From: a virus
Virus record (IMG/VR): IMGVR_UViG_3300013126_000011
Length of the DNA: 64,000 bases
Strand: one strand, 5' to 3'
Shown here one piece after another: positions 1-9,827 of the stretch. The notes under the pieces were generated by a model. That model was not told where the DNA came from. It did not search any database and was given only the letters and a program-made list of their open reading frames with translations. The stretch's first letter is position 1, and each line of letters begins with the position of its first letter. A program made the position numbers and the translations under genes.

Positions 1-123
1 GTTCTTTCAGAAGCCACCTTTCAAGATAAAGTGAACGCTATCAAGAGAAGCGGAAAGTCAGAAGAGAGTGCTAAAAAGATTGCCGGTGCAATGGTAAGGG
101 ATGAAAAGAAAAAGGGCAAATAG
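1..123 (+). CDS. 3' end of a hypothetical protein (partial, runs in from window start)
   Basis: Frame 1 reads VLSEATFQDKVNAIKRSGKSEESAKKIAGAMVRDEKKKGK to a stop at TAG 121-123; the next ORF starts 2 nt later. Confidence 0.6.
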   Translation, partial: VLSEATFQDKVNAIKRSGKSEESAKKIAGAMVRDEKKKGK

Positions 124-125
124 CA

Positions 126-329
126 ATGCAAATTACTCGTGAAGAATTAAAAAGAATCATTTGGAAGACTCTTCAAGAGATTTTGGATGATAAGAAAGAG
201 GCTGCTCAGACAACCGTTGGCATTGTTCAAGATGTAAGTCAATTGTATGCTCAGAAACAGAAGAATTATCGCAAGGATGCTGAAACAAAGCCCAAGAAAG
301 AAAAGAAGTGTGATTGCGATGGCAAATAA
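126..329 (+). CDS. small hypothetical protein with N-terminal amphipathic tag (putative head-internal protein)
   Basis: MQITREELKRIIWKTLQE start resembles the N-termini at 13928, 15863 and 16168. Confidence 0.6.
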   Translation: MQITREELKRIIWKTLQEILDDKKEAAQTTVGIVQDVSQLYAQKQKNYRKDAETKPKKEKKCDCDGK

Positions 330-537
330 ACGAGTTTTAATAGAAGCAGAGCAAAGACAAGTGCTGTCTGGATTTACAAAGTCAACTCTTAATGCTCTTA
401 GGATTGCAATGGATAATGGCGTAACTGCTAGCCAACTAACAAGTGTTTTAACGAAGCTGTCAAGTCCAGATACAATCAATAGATTAAAAGCCACAGCTGG
501 TGGCACAGATTCTATGTCAAGAGAGATTAATTCATGA
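319..537 (+). CDS. hypothetical protein
   Basis: ATG at 319, in frame with track ORF 247..537, overlaps the end of the upstream ORF; begins MANKRVLIEAE. Confidence 0.5.
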   Translation: MANKRVLIEAEQRQVLSGFTKSTLNALRIAMDNGVTASQLTSVLTKLSSPDTINRLKATAGGTDSMSREINS

Positions 538-577
538 AATTAGAAGAAATAGTTTTATCTTAAAAGAGTAAAAACAA

Positions 578-1132
578 ATGCTTTTAGGTGCTGATCTTTC
601 AACTAGCATATGCGGTATATCTGTTCTTGACGATGATGGCAAATTAGTTCTCTCAGAAGCCATCGATCTTCGCAATAAAAACAAATACAAAACATTAAAC
701 GAAAAAGCAGATTGTGTACGCAAGCACTTAACTGATATTGCTACAATCTATCCAATCGAAAAAGTCTATATCGAAAAGTCTCTGTTTATGTTCACAAGTG
801 GGAAATCTTCTGTGACAACACTGTTTCTGTTGGCAGGATTTAACACGCTTGTCAGCTATTTTTGCTATGATATCTTCAAGGTAGAGCCAGAATATATTTC
901 AGCTACCACTGCCAGAAAAAGAGTCGGAATCGTGCTTGACAAATCTCAAGACACCAAAAAGCAGATTGTTGATTTTGCTAGACAGGAACCCGGTTTTAGT
1001 GTATCTTGGACTCCAAGTGGAAACTACGTACCATCGTGTGCTGACAGAGCAGATGCCTGGGTAGTTGCCAAAGCCTGTTGGATGGGTTCTAAGAGTGCAA
1101 AATCAAGCAGAAAAGCTAAAGATACTGACTGA
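578..1132 (+). CDS. RuvC-like Holliday junction resolvase
   Basis: LGADLS..CGISVL (first Asp), VYIE (Glu) and DRADAWVVA (C-terminal Asp pair) match the RuvC/RNase H-fold pattern. Confidence 0.8.
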   Translation: MLLGADLSTSICGISVLDDDGKLVLSEAIDLRNKNKYKTLNEKADCVRKHLTDIATIYPIEKVYIEKSLFMFTSGKSSVTTLFLLAGFNTLVSYFCYDIFKVEPEYISATTARKRVGIVLDKSQDTKKQIVDFARQEPGFSVSWTPSGNYVPSCADRADAWVVAKACWMGSKSAKSSRKAKDTD

Positions 1133-2045
1133 CATTTTAGGCGATTTCTATCTTACTGGAGTCGAGAGGCTTTTCGCTTGTCCTAAGTGTCAGCACGATA
1201 AACGAAAACTTAGCATCAATCTTCAAAAATCAAAATTTAAATGTTGGCACTGCGACTGGAGAGGAAATCTCAATCGTCTTGTCAAGCAACTTGGTAATCA
1301 AACTCAAAGAACTGTTTGGAAAGAATTGACTGGACAAGTCGATTACGATCTCGGTTCTGTCAATGAAGATATGTTCTCGGAGCATATCGAAGAAGAAATA
1401 ATCGAACCAATCGAGTTGCCAACAGATTTCGTTAGTTTAGTTAAGAACACATATACATCAAGTGATAAAGCCGCCCTGAAGTATCTCAAATCGAGAGGGT
1501 TAACAACCAGAGATATTTTTCAATGGAAAATTGGGTACTGTGCCAAGGGTGATTACAAGCAACGAATTATTGTACCTTCTTTTGATTGTCAGGGAGAGCT
1601 AAACTACTTTGTCGGAAGAACCTATGTCGACAGCAATTACAAGTATTGGAATCCAAAAGTTCCAAAGAACATGATTTTTAATGAGCTTTATGTTGACTGG
1701 AAAAAAGAGATTGTTTTGGTCGAAGGCGTCTTCGATCAATTCGTGGCTGGCACTAATTCGATTGCCCTCTTGGGAAGCTCTCTAGACGAACACAACGCCC
1801 TATTCCAGCGTGTTGCGATGTCAGAGACTAGAGTTATAGTGGGTCTTGATCCTGATGCTGAGAAAAAGGCAAATAGGCTCATTTCTGAAATGTTGAAATA
1901 CGGAATCGAAATTTATAAAATGCAAATTGAGAACAAAAAGGATATTGGAGAGATGACCAAGGAAGAATTTCTGGAATGTAAGCGAGAAGCAAAGCCAATG
2001 TCAAACGACAACTATCTTTTGTATCTAATTGAGAGGATTAAGTAA
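1095..2045 (+). CDS. DNA primase (zinc finger plus TOPRIM)
   Basis: CPKC...CWHC zinc site, YLKSRGL, RIIVP, VEGVFD and DPD TOPRIM motifs; start uncertain (GTG 1095 preferred over 1065). Confidence 0.88.
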   Translation: MQNQAEKLKILTDILGDFYLTGVERLFACPKCQHDKRKLSINLQKSKFKCWHCDWRGNLNRLVKQLGNQTQRTVWKELTGQVDYDLGSVNEDMFSEHIEEEIIEPIELPTDFVSLVKNTYTSSDKAALKYLKSRGLTTRDIFQWKIGYCAKGDYKQRIIVPSFDCQGELNYFVGRTYVDSNYKYWNPKVPKNMIFNELYVDWKKEIVLVEGVFDQFVAGTNSIALLGSSLDEHNALFQRVAMSETRVIVGLDPDAEKKANRLISEMLKYGIEIYKMQIENKKDIGEMTKEEFLECKREAKPMSNDNYLLYLIERIK

Positions 2046-2050
2046 TAACA

Positions 2051-5000
2051 ATGAAGATAGCAGCTTTTTCAGATCTCCACGTAAAGACTCTCAAGTATCA
2101 TGAAGAATATCTTGCCGTATTTCAGGAGTTTTATAAGGATCTTCGAGAACAAAAGCCTGACGTAATTGTATGCGCTGGCGACATTGCTCACTCAAAGGTT
2201 GTGCTGTCGCCAGAATACTTCTCTATTGCCGCCAAGCTGTTCAAAGAGTTGGCTTCTATTGCGCCATTGTATATCCTAGCTGGTAATCATGATGCTTCCT
2301 TTCGTGGCATGACGCTTCGCAATGCTTCTAGACTTGATGCTATTACTCCAATCATCGAAGCTCTTGATAATTCAAATATTCACTATATGAAGCAGTCTGG
2401 AGAATACAACATCAATGACAATATAGTCTTAAATGCAATGTCGTTGTTTGATGTAGATGGTTGGATGCAGCCAACAGATCCAAGCAAGATCAATGTAGCA
2501 GTTTTTCATGGAGCGATCATCGACGCTTCAACAGACGTTGGCTATACGGTTGATCGTAGTTCTGGAATTGATCTGAGTTATTTTGATTCGTTTGATGCAG
2601 CAATTTTTGGAGACATTCATCGTCGTCAATTCTTTTCGAACACCCGAGGATATGTCGGTAGTTTGATTCAGCAGAATCATGGGGAAGGCGTAGAGAAAGG
2701 CTATAGTATTTGGCTCATTAAAAACAAGAATGATATCAGCGTAGAATTTAGACCTCTTCGCAATCCAAAGCCATTCATTACTGTCAATTTGGATCTGGCA
2801 GGTAATGTTCCTGCAAATCTAGAGATTCCAGTTGGTTCACATGTGCGTGTGGTTGCTCATTCTTATATCAGTCTAGACAAGATGCGAAAGTCTCTCGATG
2901 TTGTCAAATCGAAGTATTTGCCAGAAGATATTTCCTTTGTTAACAAGATTGACGAGACAAAGTTACAAGAGAGTGTTGCTGTATCTTCTGTTGTTCGCGG
3001 TGAAAATCTTCGTTATGATGAAGTACAAGAACGAATGATTCGAGATTATCTGAAAGATTTTAAGCCTGATGATGAAACCATGACTTCGATTTTGAAGTTA
3101 AATAATCAATATAATGCTGCAATTAAGAACGATGAAGAAGTCGCTCGTAATGTTCAGTGGTCTGTCAAAAAGATTGAATGGGATAATTTGTTCAATTACG
3201 GTTCTGGCAACTATATGAATTATGAGCAATTAAGCGGAGTTGCAGCTTTACTAGGAAAAAGTTTTGTAGGAAAAACTTCTACCATTGATGCCCTATTGTT
3301 CGGATTATTCAATACTACTTCAAAGAACGAAAGAAAGAATGTCAACGTAGTCAATCAACACAAGAATGATGCCGTTGTTCGTCTATGGCTTGAAGCAAAT
3401 GGAATCTCTTATCGTATTGAAAGACGAGTAGAAAAGTACGTTAAGCGGCTTCATGGAGTTGAAACAATCGAAGCTAAGACGGACGTTGATTTTTGGGAAA
3501 TGCAAGCTGATGGAATAGAAATTTCAAGAAATGGAGATACCAGAAGCGATACAGATAGGAACATTCGTACAATTTTTGGAACGGTTGAAGATTTTCTTTT
3601 GACTTCGTTATCTTCTCAGCATGGAGGTTTGCAGTATATCTTTGAGGGTTCAACGAAGCGCAAGGAAATTCTTGCTCGCTTTTTGGATCTTGACAGCTTT
3701 GACAAGAAGTTCAAGTTAGCCAAAGAAGATTCTTCGACCATCAAGGGAGCCTTGAAGCGCGTTGAAGGAATCGATTATGATACGACACTTTCACATGCCA
3801 GAACAAAGCTGCACCTCAATGAAAAAGAAGCTCAAAGAGTCGAGAACAAGCTGACAGAAATCAACAAGACTATTGCGGACAACCAGAATCAGATTGATTC
3901 ATTTAAGCAGCAGTTGGCTTTGATTCCAAAGGATATCAAGGAAATTACTGAGACAGAAGAAGAACTAGCTAAGAAGCTAATTCAACAAGATGCATTGACT
4001 TCGGAAAGAGATTCTTTGCTGGATCGCAATGAAGAGCTTAACAAGCTTATCGCGAAGTTGAATCATTTGCTTGATACGTTTGATATTGAAGGTTGTCGAA
4101 AGCAACAAGATTTAATCGAGCAACTATCTTCTGAAGCCAGGAAGATTGAAGAAAAAGTTGCAGAACTTAATAGAAACAAGTTGACAAATGATAAGAAGAC
4201 TCAATTGCTTCTTGAGGTTCCTTGTGGAGAACAGTTTCCTGCGTGCAAGTTTATTCGAGATGCGTTCAAGGCAAAGACAGAGAACGAGTACGTTTGTAAT
4301 AATCTAAAGTTGCAGTCAGAACAGCTTGAAAAATTGACAGCAGACAAGGAAGCATTGCAGCCAACAAAAATTGAGGATCTACTATACAAATATGCCGAAT
4401 TAGCCTCTCAGAAGACAGAGTTTGAGCAGGAGGTACTAACTAACCAGACTCTAATTGAAAAGGATGAAAACGCCCTTTCTGTGCTTATAGGATACGTTTC
4501 TGAGTTGCAGCAGAGAATTGCAAAGAGCAAGGCAGATCAAAAGCTGATTGATAGCGCCAAGAGTCTGCTTGAGCAATTATCTGAAGCGGAAAAGTTGTCA
4601 ATCAAATATGCTAAAGAACTCAGTAGGCTAACAACACAACGTCTTGAAGCCTATAAGACACATGGTAAACTTGAAGGTGAAATCAACTCTGTAACCGAAA
4701 AGATCGAAGAGCGAGAAACATTAAGAAATGAATTTGCGTCTTATGATTTGTTCATGCGTTGTATGCATTCTAACGGTATCAGTTACGACATTATCAAGAG
4801 TATGCTTCCAGTTTTAAATAATGAAGTTGCGAAGGTTCTAGCAAATATTGTTGATTTTGAAGTGTTTTTCGAAAATAATGATGATCGGTTGGACATTTTC
4901 ATTAAGCATCCAAAGCATGAGTCTCGTCCAATTGAGATGGGTTCTGGAGCAGAGAAAACAATTGCTGCAATGGCAATTCGATTGGCTTTAACGAAGATTG

Positions 5001-5212
5001 GCAATTTACCAAAATTTTCAACCTTTATTTTGGACGAGCCTGCTACCGGACTTGATGAAGAACGAATGGAAGGGTTTATTCGTGTTTTCGACTTGTTGAA
5101 GCTTCAATTTAGGTTGGTGATTCTCATTTCTCACCTTGATAGTCTCAAAGATGTAGCCGATTTGATCATCACGATTGATAAGGTTGATGGCTACGCCTCC
5201 GTTCGGATCTGA
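2051..5212 (+). CDS. fused SbcD/Mre11 nuclease and SbcC/Rad50 ATPase (gp47-gp46-like)
   Basis: Phosphoesterase motifs SDLH, AGD, GNHD, FHG, GDIH; Walker A GKSFVGKT; long coiled coil; GSGAE signature; ILDEP Walker B; ISH switch. Confidence 0.92.
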   Translation: MKIAAFSDLHVKTLKYHEEYLAVFQEFYKDLREQKPDVIVCAGDIAHSKVVLSPEYFSIAAKLFKELASIAPLYILAGNHDASFRGMTLRNASRLDAITPIIEALDNSNIHYMKQSGEYNINDNIVLNAMSLFDVDGWMQPTDPSKINVAVFHGAIIDASTDVGYTVDRSSGIDLSYFDSFDAAIFGDIHRRQFFSNTRGYVGSLIQQNHGEGVEKGYSIWLIKNKNDISVEFRPLRNPKPFITVNLDLAGNVPANLEIPVGSHVRVVAHSYISLDKMRKSLDVVKSKYLPEDISFVNKIDETKLQESVAVSSVVRGENLRYDEVQERMIRDYLKDFKPDDETMTSILKLNNQYNAAIKNDEEVARNVQWSVKKIEWDNLFNYGSGNYMNYEQLSGVAALLGKSFVGKTSTIDALLFGLFNTTSKNERKNVNVVNQHKNDAVVRLWLEANGISYRIERRVEKYVKRLHGVETIEAKTDVDFWEMQADGIEISRNGDTRSDTDRNIRTIFGTVEDFLLTSLSSQHGGLQYIFEGSTKRKEILARFLDLDSFDKKFKLAKEDSSTIKGALKRVEGIDYDTTLSHARTKLHLNEKEAQRVENKLTEINKTIADNQNQIDSFKQQLALIPKDIKEITETEEELAKKLIQQDALTSERDSLLDRNEELNKLIAKLNHLLDTFDIEGCRKQQDLIEQLSSEARKIEEKVAELNRNKLTNDKKTQLLLEVPCGEQFPACKFIRDAFKAKTENEYVCNNLKLQSEQLEKLTADKEALQPTKIEDLLYKYAELASQKTEFEQEVLTNQTLIEKDENALSVLIGYVSELQQRIAKSKADQKLIDSAKSLLEQLSEAEKLSIKYAKELSRLTTQRLEAYKTHGKLEGEINSVTEKIEERETLRNEFASYDLFMRCMHSNGISYDIIKSMLPVLNNEVAKVLANIVDFEVFFENNDDRLDIFIKHPKHESRPIEMGSGAEKTIAAMAIRLALTKIGNLPKFSTFILDEPATGLDEERMEGFIRVFDLLKLQFRLVILISHLDSLKDVADLIITIDKVDGYASVRI

Positions 5213-5232
5213 GTCGCTCACATTCTAGCCCT

Positions 5233-5239
5233 CTAATTA
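5233..5239 (+). promoter_or_regulatory. putative late promoter (CTAATTA)
   Basis: Variant of the CTA(T/A/G)TTA motif, about 29 nt before ATG 5268. Confidence 0.5.
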
Positions 5240-5267
5240 CAATAGAATTCGATTAAGGAACTTTCAA

Positions 5268-5570
5268 ATGAACGATAAGATCCATCTTAAGCAAGAACAG
5301 CTAACAGTACTAATCAAGGAGGCTTTGAAAGAAATCGTCGACGATCATCTTAATGAAGAAGCTGGAGAATTATACGGATATGATAGGTATTATTCGGCTG
5401 GTATTCTTGATGGTTCAGTTGGCAAGGAAATGAATGATTCGGTTTCTCGTGGATTAAAGGGTGGTACTGCGAAAAAGGCTTATGAAGAGGGCTATGCTGT
5501 AGGGCTTAAACAATGGGTAGCTCGACAGCCAATTAAGAAAGTTCAACAAGCTCCAAGGTGGGAGGAATAA
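5268..5570 (+). CDS. hypothetical protein with amphipathic tag
   Basis: AAGGA Shine-Dalgarno; LKQEQLTVLIKEALKE motif. Confidence 0.65.
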   Translation: MNDKIHLKQEQLTVLIKEALKEIVDDHLNEEAGELYGYDRYYSAGILDGSVGKEMNDSVSRGLKGGTAKKAYEEGYAVGLKQWVARQPIKKVQQAPRWEE

Positions 5571-5729
5571 ATGTTCATGAAGTTTATGTCAAGAAAATTA
5601 TTGGTATTGGTGGCTGCAACGGCACTGCTATATTTTGGTAAAATTACTCCGGATTTATGGAGTTATGTTGCCATGACTTATCTTGGCGCACAAGCATTGC
5701 TAGACTCGAAAGTTTCAAAAAAGCAGTAG
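5571..5729 (+). CDS. small membrane protein, possible holin (52 aa, not in the ORF track)
   Basis: GGAGG Shine-Dalgarno; MFMKFMSRKLLVLVAATALLYFGKITPDLWSYVAMTYLGAQALLDSKVSKKQ has two short hydrophobic segments and a basic tail. Confidence 0.55.
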   Translation: MFMKFMSRKLLVLVAATALLYFGKITPDLWSYVAMTYLGAQALLDSKVSKKQ

Positions 5730-5734
5730 GATAA

Positions 5735-6100
5735 ATGAACACCGAGAAGAAAATCGATTATGATTATGCTGCTAGAGTAGAGAAGGAAGTTGCCAAGAAA
5801 TACGGCAACGATGCCATCGATCATCCAAAAGCAAATTGGAATATTGAGAAAGAAAAACAATATATTCAACAAGCAAGAGAGATGGCAATAAAGGAAGCGC
5901 AGAACGTTGTTGTTCGTAAAGAACTAGAACAAGACGTTTTAATTGATGAAAAGCTATTTAAAAAGACAGATTCGTCAATGCTTTTTGGAAAAAAGTGTCC
6001 AATTTGTGAGAAGAGAAGTCAACACGCAAGAGATGAAGTTTACTTCAAACTGTATGGATGCTGTTATATTTGCTCGATTAAAAAAGGAGTGGTAAGATGA
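5735..6100 (+). CDS. hypothetical protein with C-terminal zinc finger
   Basis: CPIC...CYIC. Confidence 0.7.
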   Translation: MNTEKKIDYDYAARVEKEVAKKYGNDAIDHPKANWNIEKEKQYIQQAREMAIKEAQNVVVRKELEQDVLIDEKLFKKTDSSMLFGKKCPICEKRSQHARDEVYFKLYGCCYICSIKKGVVR

Positions 6101-6405
6101 CAACTATCAACATTGATCGTCGAAAATTGATTGAGGCTGCAACAGCAAAGGCTCTGAGAGAAGCTGAAGAAGCCTTTAAAGCAAAGAAGCTGGCAAAGCA
6201 AAGTCCCGTTGGAAATGTTGCAAAGCCATGTGGTTGCAAGGATAAGATGAAGAATCTTCAGAAAGAAGAGATCGATCCTGTACCTACTCCAAGACAAAGC
6301 AAGAGTCCACTAAGTACGTTACCTCCTGAAGAGAGAGCGAAGCGTCAATACGAGCGAATGACCGGTAGAAAATGGAGCGATAAACAAGGTGGAGATACAC
6401 TATAA
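6097..6405 (+). CDS. hypothetical basic protein
   Basis: ATGA overlap with the upstream ORF; AGGAG Shine-Dalgarno. Confidence 0.6.
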   Translation: MTTINIDRRKLIEAATAKALREAEEAFKAKKLAKQSPVGNVAKPCGCKDKMKNLQKEEIDPVPTPRQSKSPLSTLPPEERAKRQYERMTGRKWSDKQGGDTL

Positions 6406-6953
6406 TGGCTGATATTCTTGACGTAGTACAAACTATTGCACAGGTTGCACAGGCTAACGCTCACTATGGCGCTACTGATGCAGAAGGCAAGCCAATCAAG
6501 GTTGGTCTTAGACGCGAAGAAGAAATGACAATTCACGATCCAAGATTGGTTGATGGATTCAAGGTAAAATTTTCTGGAGATAAGATGATTCTGACCTATC
6601 AAGCAGAAGTGTTGATTCAGGAAGTACACGAGCCAGGATTTGAAGGAGAAGTAAAGCAGACCCTATCTGACATTCTTTCCTATATCAAGAAAGAGTACAA
6701 GAAGATTGCCAATAAGGCTCTGACAATTTCTAGAGATGGTGATCCTGATATTCAAGTGCAGAACATTTCCAGAATCAGAACCATTCTAACGGCTACTCAG
6801 GTTTTCAATCTTAAGGGAACAGAAGCAGATTCAGTAAGTGCCGAAGAGTCCTCGAATGACAAGCTTAAGAAGGCAATGAAGAGTTTTCTAGCGTTTGGTA
6901 AGGAAGAATTTCCAGGCGTCGAGAAGCCAAAGAACGTAACTCGTAAAGATTAA
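6405..6953 (+). CDS. hypothetical protein immediately upstream of the terminase
   Basis: GGAG Shine-Dalgarno, TAATG coupling, 182 aa; function not recognised. Confidence 0.7.
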   Translation: MADILDVVQTIAQVAQANAHYGATDAEGKPIKVGLRREEEMTIHDPRLVDGFKVKFSGDKMILTYQAEVLIQEVHEPGFEGEVKQTLSDILSYIKKEYKKIANKALTISRDGDPDIQVQNISRIRTILTATQVFNLKGTEADSVSAEESSNDKLKKAMKSFLAFGKEEFPGVEKPKNVTRKD

Positions 6954-6956
6954 TGA

Positions 6957-9020
6957 ATGCCAAAGTATGTTCCAACAAAAGCAGAGATTCAGAAAGAGAT
7001 AATTCGTTGCGGTAACGATCCAAGCTATTTTCTTAAAAATTACGTAAAGATCGTTCACCCAACCAAGGGTCTAGTGCCATTTCTTCTCTACCCGTTTCAG
7101 GAAGAGACTTTAAAAAAGTTTGAAGATCATAGATTCAACATCGTTCTGAAATCAAGACAGATGGGTCTGTCAACATTAACATCTGCTTATGTGGCTTGGT
7201 TTATGTTGTTTCAGAAGAACCGAAACATTCTTGGTATAGCAACCAAATTGTCTGTTGCTGTCAACCTTGTAAGAAAAGTCAAGACAATCTTTTCAAATCT
7301 TCCAGGTTGGTTAGTTGATAATACGGCACAGATTTCTGTTGACAATAAGCAATCTTTGGAACTAACAAATGGTTCTCGATTTGTTGCTTCTGCCAAATCT
7401 GAAGATGCTGGTCGTTCTGAAGCTCTGTCGTTGTTGGTAGTTGACGAGTGTGTTGCCGGAAGTACAAAAGTAACTGTTCGAAGCAAAAAGACTGGCGAGA
7501 TCAGAGAAATCGAAATTCAAGAGCTATACGATTTGTATACGATCAAAAGTATAACAGAGTGGGAAGTCTTAACGCCTTCTGGTTGGAGTATTTTTTCTGG
7601 TGTCAAGAAAGTCTCTAAAAAGTGTTTTTATCGTATCAATACCACTAGAGGCGAGTTAGTTTGCTCTTATGAGCATAAACTTAAAATTTATGATGGTCGC
7701 TTTATGGCAGCTAATAAATTGCAAGTTGGTCAACTTCTATCTGAACAAGTAGAAATATTAGAGATTAAATATTTTGAAGAGGACATCGAGCTTTATGATC
7801 TGCTTGAAGTCGAAAAAGATCATGAATTTTATGCAAATGGAATTGTAAGTTCGAATTGCGCACACATCGAAGGTATGTCTGATATATGGACTTCGATTGG
7901 TCCTACAATCACATTGGGTGGTCGATGCATTGCTCTTAGTTCTCCCAATGGTGCTCAAGGTTGGTTCTACAAGTATTACGTTGACGGTGAGGCTGGAAGA
8001 AACGATTTTTGTGCAACCAAGTTACATTGGCGATTGCATCCTGATCGTGATGATGAGTGGTTTGAAAAAGAAACTCGCAATATGTCAAAACGCGAGGTAT
8101 CTCAAGAGTATTCATGCGGATTTTTATCTTCTGGTGCCACGCTCATTGATGGTGAAGATATCAAGAGAATGGAAGATTCGCAAGTACGCGATCCTGTTGA
8201 ACGAATTGCTTTTGACAGAAACTTGTGGATCTGGCAACATTACGATCCTGTTGCAAATTATTTGATTTCCGCTGACGTTGCCAGAGGTGACGGAGAAGAC
8301 TATTCTGTTTTTCATATTCTCCGATTGGATACGATGGAAGTGATCGGAGAATATCAAGGGAAATTAACTCCAGATCTCTTTGCAGATCTGTTAGCAAATA
8401 CTGGCAGAATGTATGGTGGCTGCATGATCGTTGTTGAGAATAATAACTTGGGTTGGATGGTGGCGAACAGGCTTAAAGATGCAATTCAATACAAGAATCT
8501 GTATTATGAATTAAAAGGCACTCACGATCACGTTGATCCAATCAGAGCCTCAAGAAACGATAAGGCTCATTGTGGCTTCAATACTGCTCCAAACGGTTTG
8601 GGCAATAGAACACACATTCTTGGTAAGCTGGAAGAGTTTGTTCGAAACAGGCAGATAACAATTCGTTCTGTACGTTTATTGAACGAAATGAAGACCTTCA
8701 TCTACAAAGAGACTGGCAAAGCAGAAGCAGCAAAAGGATATAACGACGATCTTGTAATGGCTCTGGCAATTGCTTGTTGGGTACGCGAGACAGCATTAAC
8801 ACAAAATGTAAAAGAATTGGCATATGCGAAAGCTCTATTGACTTCTATCTATGTATCTACAGCAACGATGGATACGAGAATTGAAGGACAAATTGGGTAT
8901 GGTTCTGGTCATGACTCGAAAGAGATAATGCAGAAGAGAAAAGAAGCCAGAGGACAACTTGATATATCAAAAGATGAAGTTATTCCAGGCGGCATGATGT
9001 TTCCAGTTTTTGTTGGATAG
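6957..9020 (+). CDS. terL: terminase large subunit (gp17-like), intein-containing
   Basis: LYPFQ Q-motif, KSRQMGLS Walker A, LLVVDE Walker B, SSPNG motif III, nuclease motifs ADVARGDGEDYS and NDDLVMA. Confidence 0.95.
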   Translation: MPKYVPTKAEIQKEIIRCGNDPSYFLKNYVKIVHPTKGLVPFLLYPFQEETLKKFEDHRFNIVLKSRQMGLSTLTSAYVAWFMLFQKNRNILGIATKLSVAVNLVRKVKTIFSNLPGWLVDNTAQISVDNKQSLELTNGSRFVASAKSEDAGRSEALSLLVVDECVAGSTKVTVRSKKTGEIREIEIQELYDLYTIKSITEWEVLTPSGWSIFSGVKKVSKKCFYRINTTRGELVCSYEHKLKIYDGRFMAANKLQVGQLLSEQVEILEIKYFEEDIELYDLLEVEKDHEFYANGIVSSNCAHIEGMSDIWTSIGPTITLGGRCIALSSPNGAQGWFYKYYVDGEAGRNDFCATKLHWRLHPDRDDEWFEKETRNMSKREVSQEYSCGFLSSGATLIDGEDIKRMEDSQVRDPVERIAFDRNLWIWQHYDPVANYLISADVARGDGEDYSVFHILRLDTMEVIGEYQGKLTPDLFADLLANTGRMYGGCMIVVENNNLGWMVANRLKDAIQYKNLYYELKGTHDHVDPIRASRNDKAHCGFNTAPNGLGNRTHILGKLEEFVRNRQITIRSVRLLNEMKTFIYKETGKAEAAKGYNDDLVMALAIACWVRETALTQNVKELAYAKALLTSIYVSTATMDTRIEGQIGYGSGHDSKEIMQKRKEARGQLDISKDEVIPGGMMFPVFVG
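7449..7856 (+). mobile_element. mini-intein (136 aa) in the terminase, directly after Walker B
   Basis: VVDE|CVAGSTKV...SYEH...LYDLLEV...FYANGIVSSN|CAH; removal restores DECAH; no endonuclease domain. Confidence 0.9.
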
Positions 9021-9030
9021 GAGAGGCTGA

Positions 9031-9825
9031 ATGCATTTATCGGAAAGCAAAATACGAGATCTGAAGCAAAAGTATCCGCAATTGGCAGATATGATTGATT
9101 ATATCTCGAAAAATGATCCGTCAGGCAATAACAAATATCTTGTTTGGATTTTGAAAGAATGGCAAGCCAGAACTGATAAGTCCGAGGAAAGTTTACGAGA
9201 AGTTATACGGTTTGTTAGAATTTTTCATGCCTTGATTAAAAAGAATGCGAAACGCGAGGGGGATGAGTTTGATATTTACAAGCTTCAATATTCAAAAAAA
9301 ATGGAATATTCACTGGGAGATAAATTAGAGCGCCTTGCTATAGCGCATCGCAAAAATCCACAATTGAAGGCAAAGCACAAGAAGATATACGTTGATGATA
9401 AAGGTAATCGAGTATTTCATATTGCAAGTCCCGGTTCTGCTAGAATTCTTGGTAAAGACGCGCATTGGTGCGTTGCTGGTTATGAAGACAGGGATAAATG
9501 GCATGCTTGCGCGGCATGGGAGTATATAACGGGCTTTGGAATGAGAATGTATATACTTCTTACGAGAGAAAGTAAAGCAATTTTGTGTATGTGCGGTAAG
9601 TCCAGTTATCAAAATGTTACAGATGTTTGCAAAGAACAGTTGAGTCACTTCTCTCCATATAAATGCGATAAACATGATGAACATGCAAAGCCTATGATTC
9701 TTACCGCACAGCACGTAGATCTTTGCGATTCTGATGATCCAATCAGAGAAAATCCAAAATTACTTGATATGATTAATGCTGTCATTAAGTATCATAATCA
9801 AAACGTTGATAAGAAAGAGATATAA
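9031..9825 (+). CDS. hypothetical protein between terminase and portal
   Basis: GGAGAGG Shine-Dalgarno; DPSGNNKYLVW and HWCV motifs; 264 aa. Confidence 0.7.
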   Translation: MHLSESKIRDLKQKYPQLADMIDYISKNDPSGNNKYLVWILKEWQARTDKSEESLREVIRFVRIFHALIKKNAKREGDEFDIYKLQYSKKMEYSLGDKLERLAIAHRKNPQLKAKHKKIYVDDKGNRVFHIASPGSARILGKDAHWCVAGYEDRDKWHACAAWEYITGFGMRMYILLTRESKAILCMCGKSSYQNVTDVCKEQLSHFSPYKCDKHDEHAKPMILTAQHVDLCDSDDPIRENPKLLDMINAVIKYHNQNVDKKEI

Positions 9826-9827
9826 AG

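Noticed and set aside
6405-6953. Small terminase call based on position
   Set aside because: No recognisable motif; left as hypothetical.
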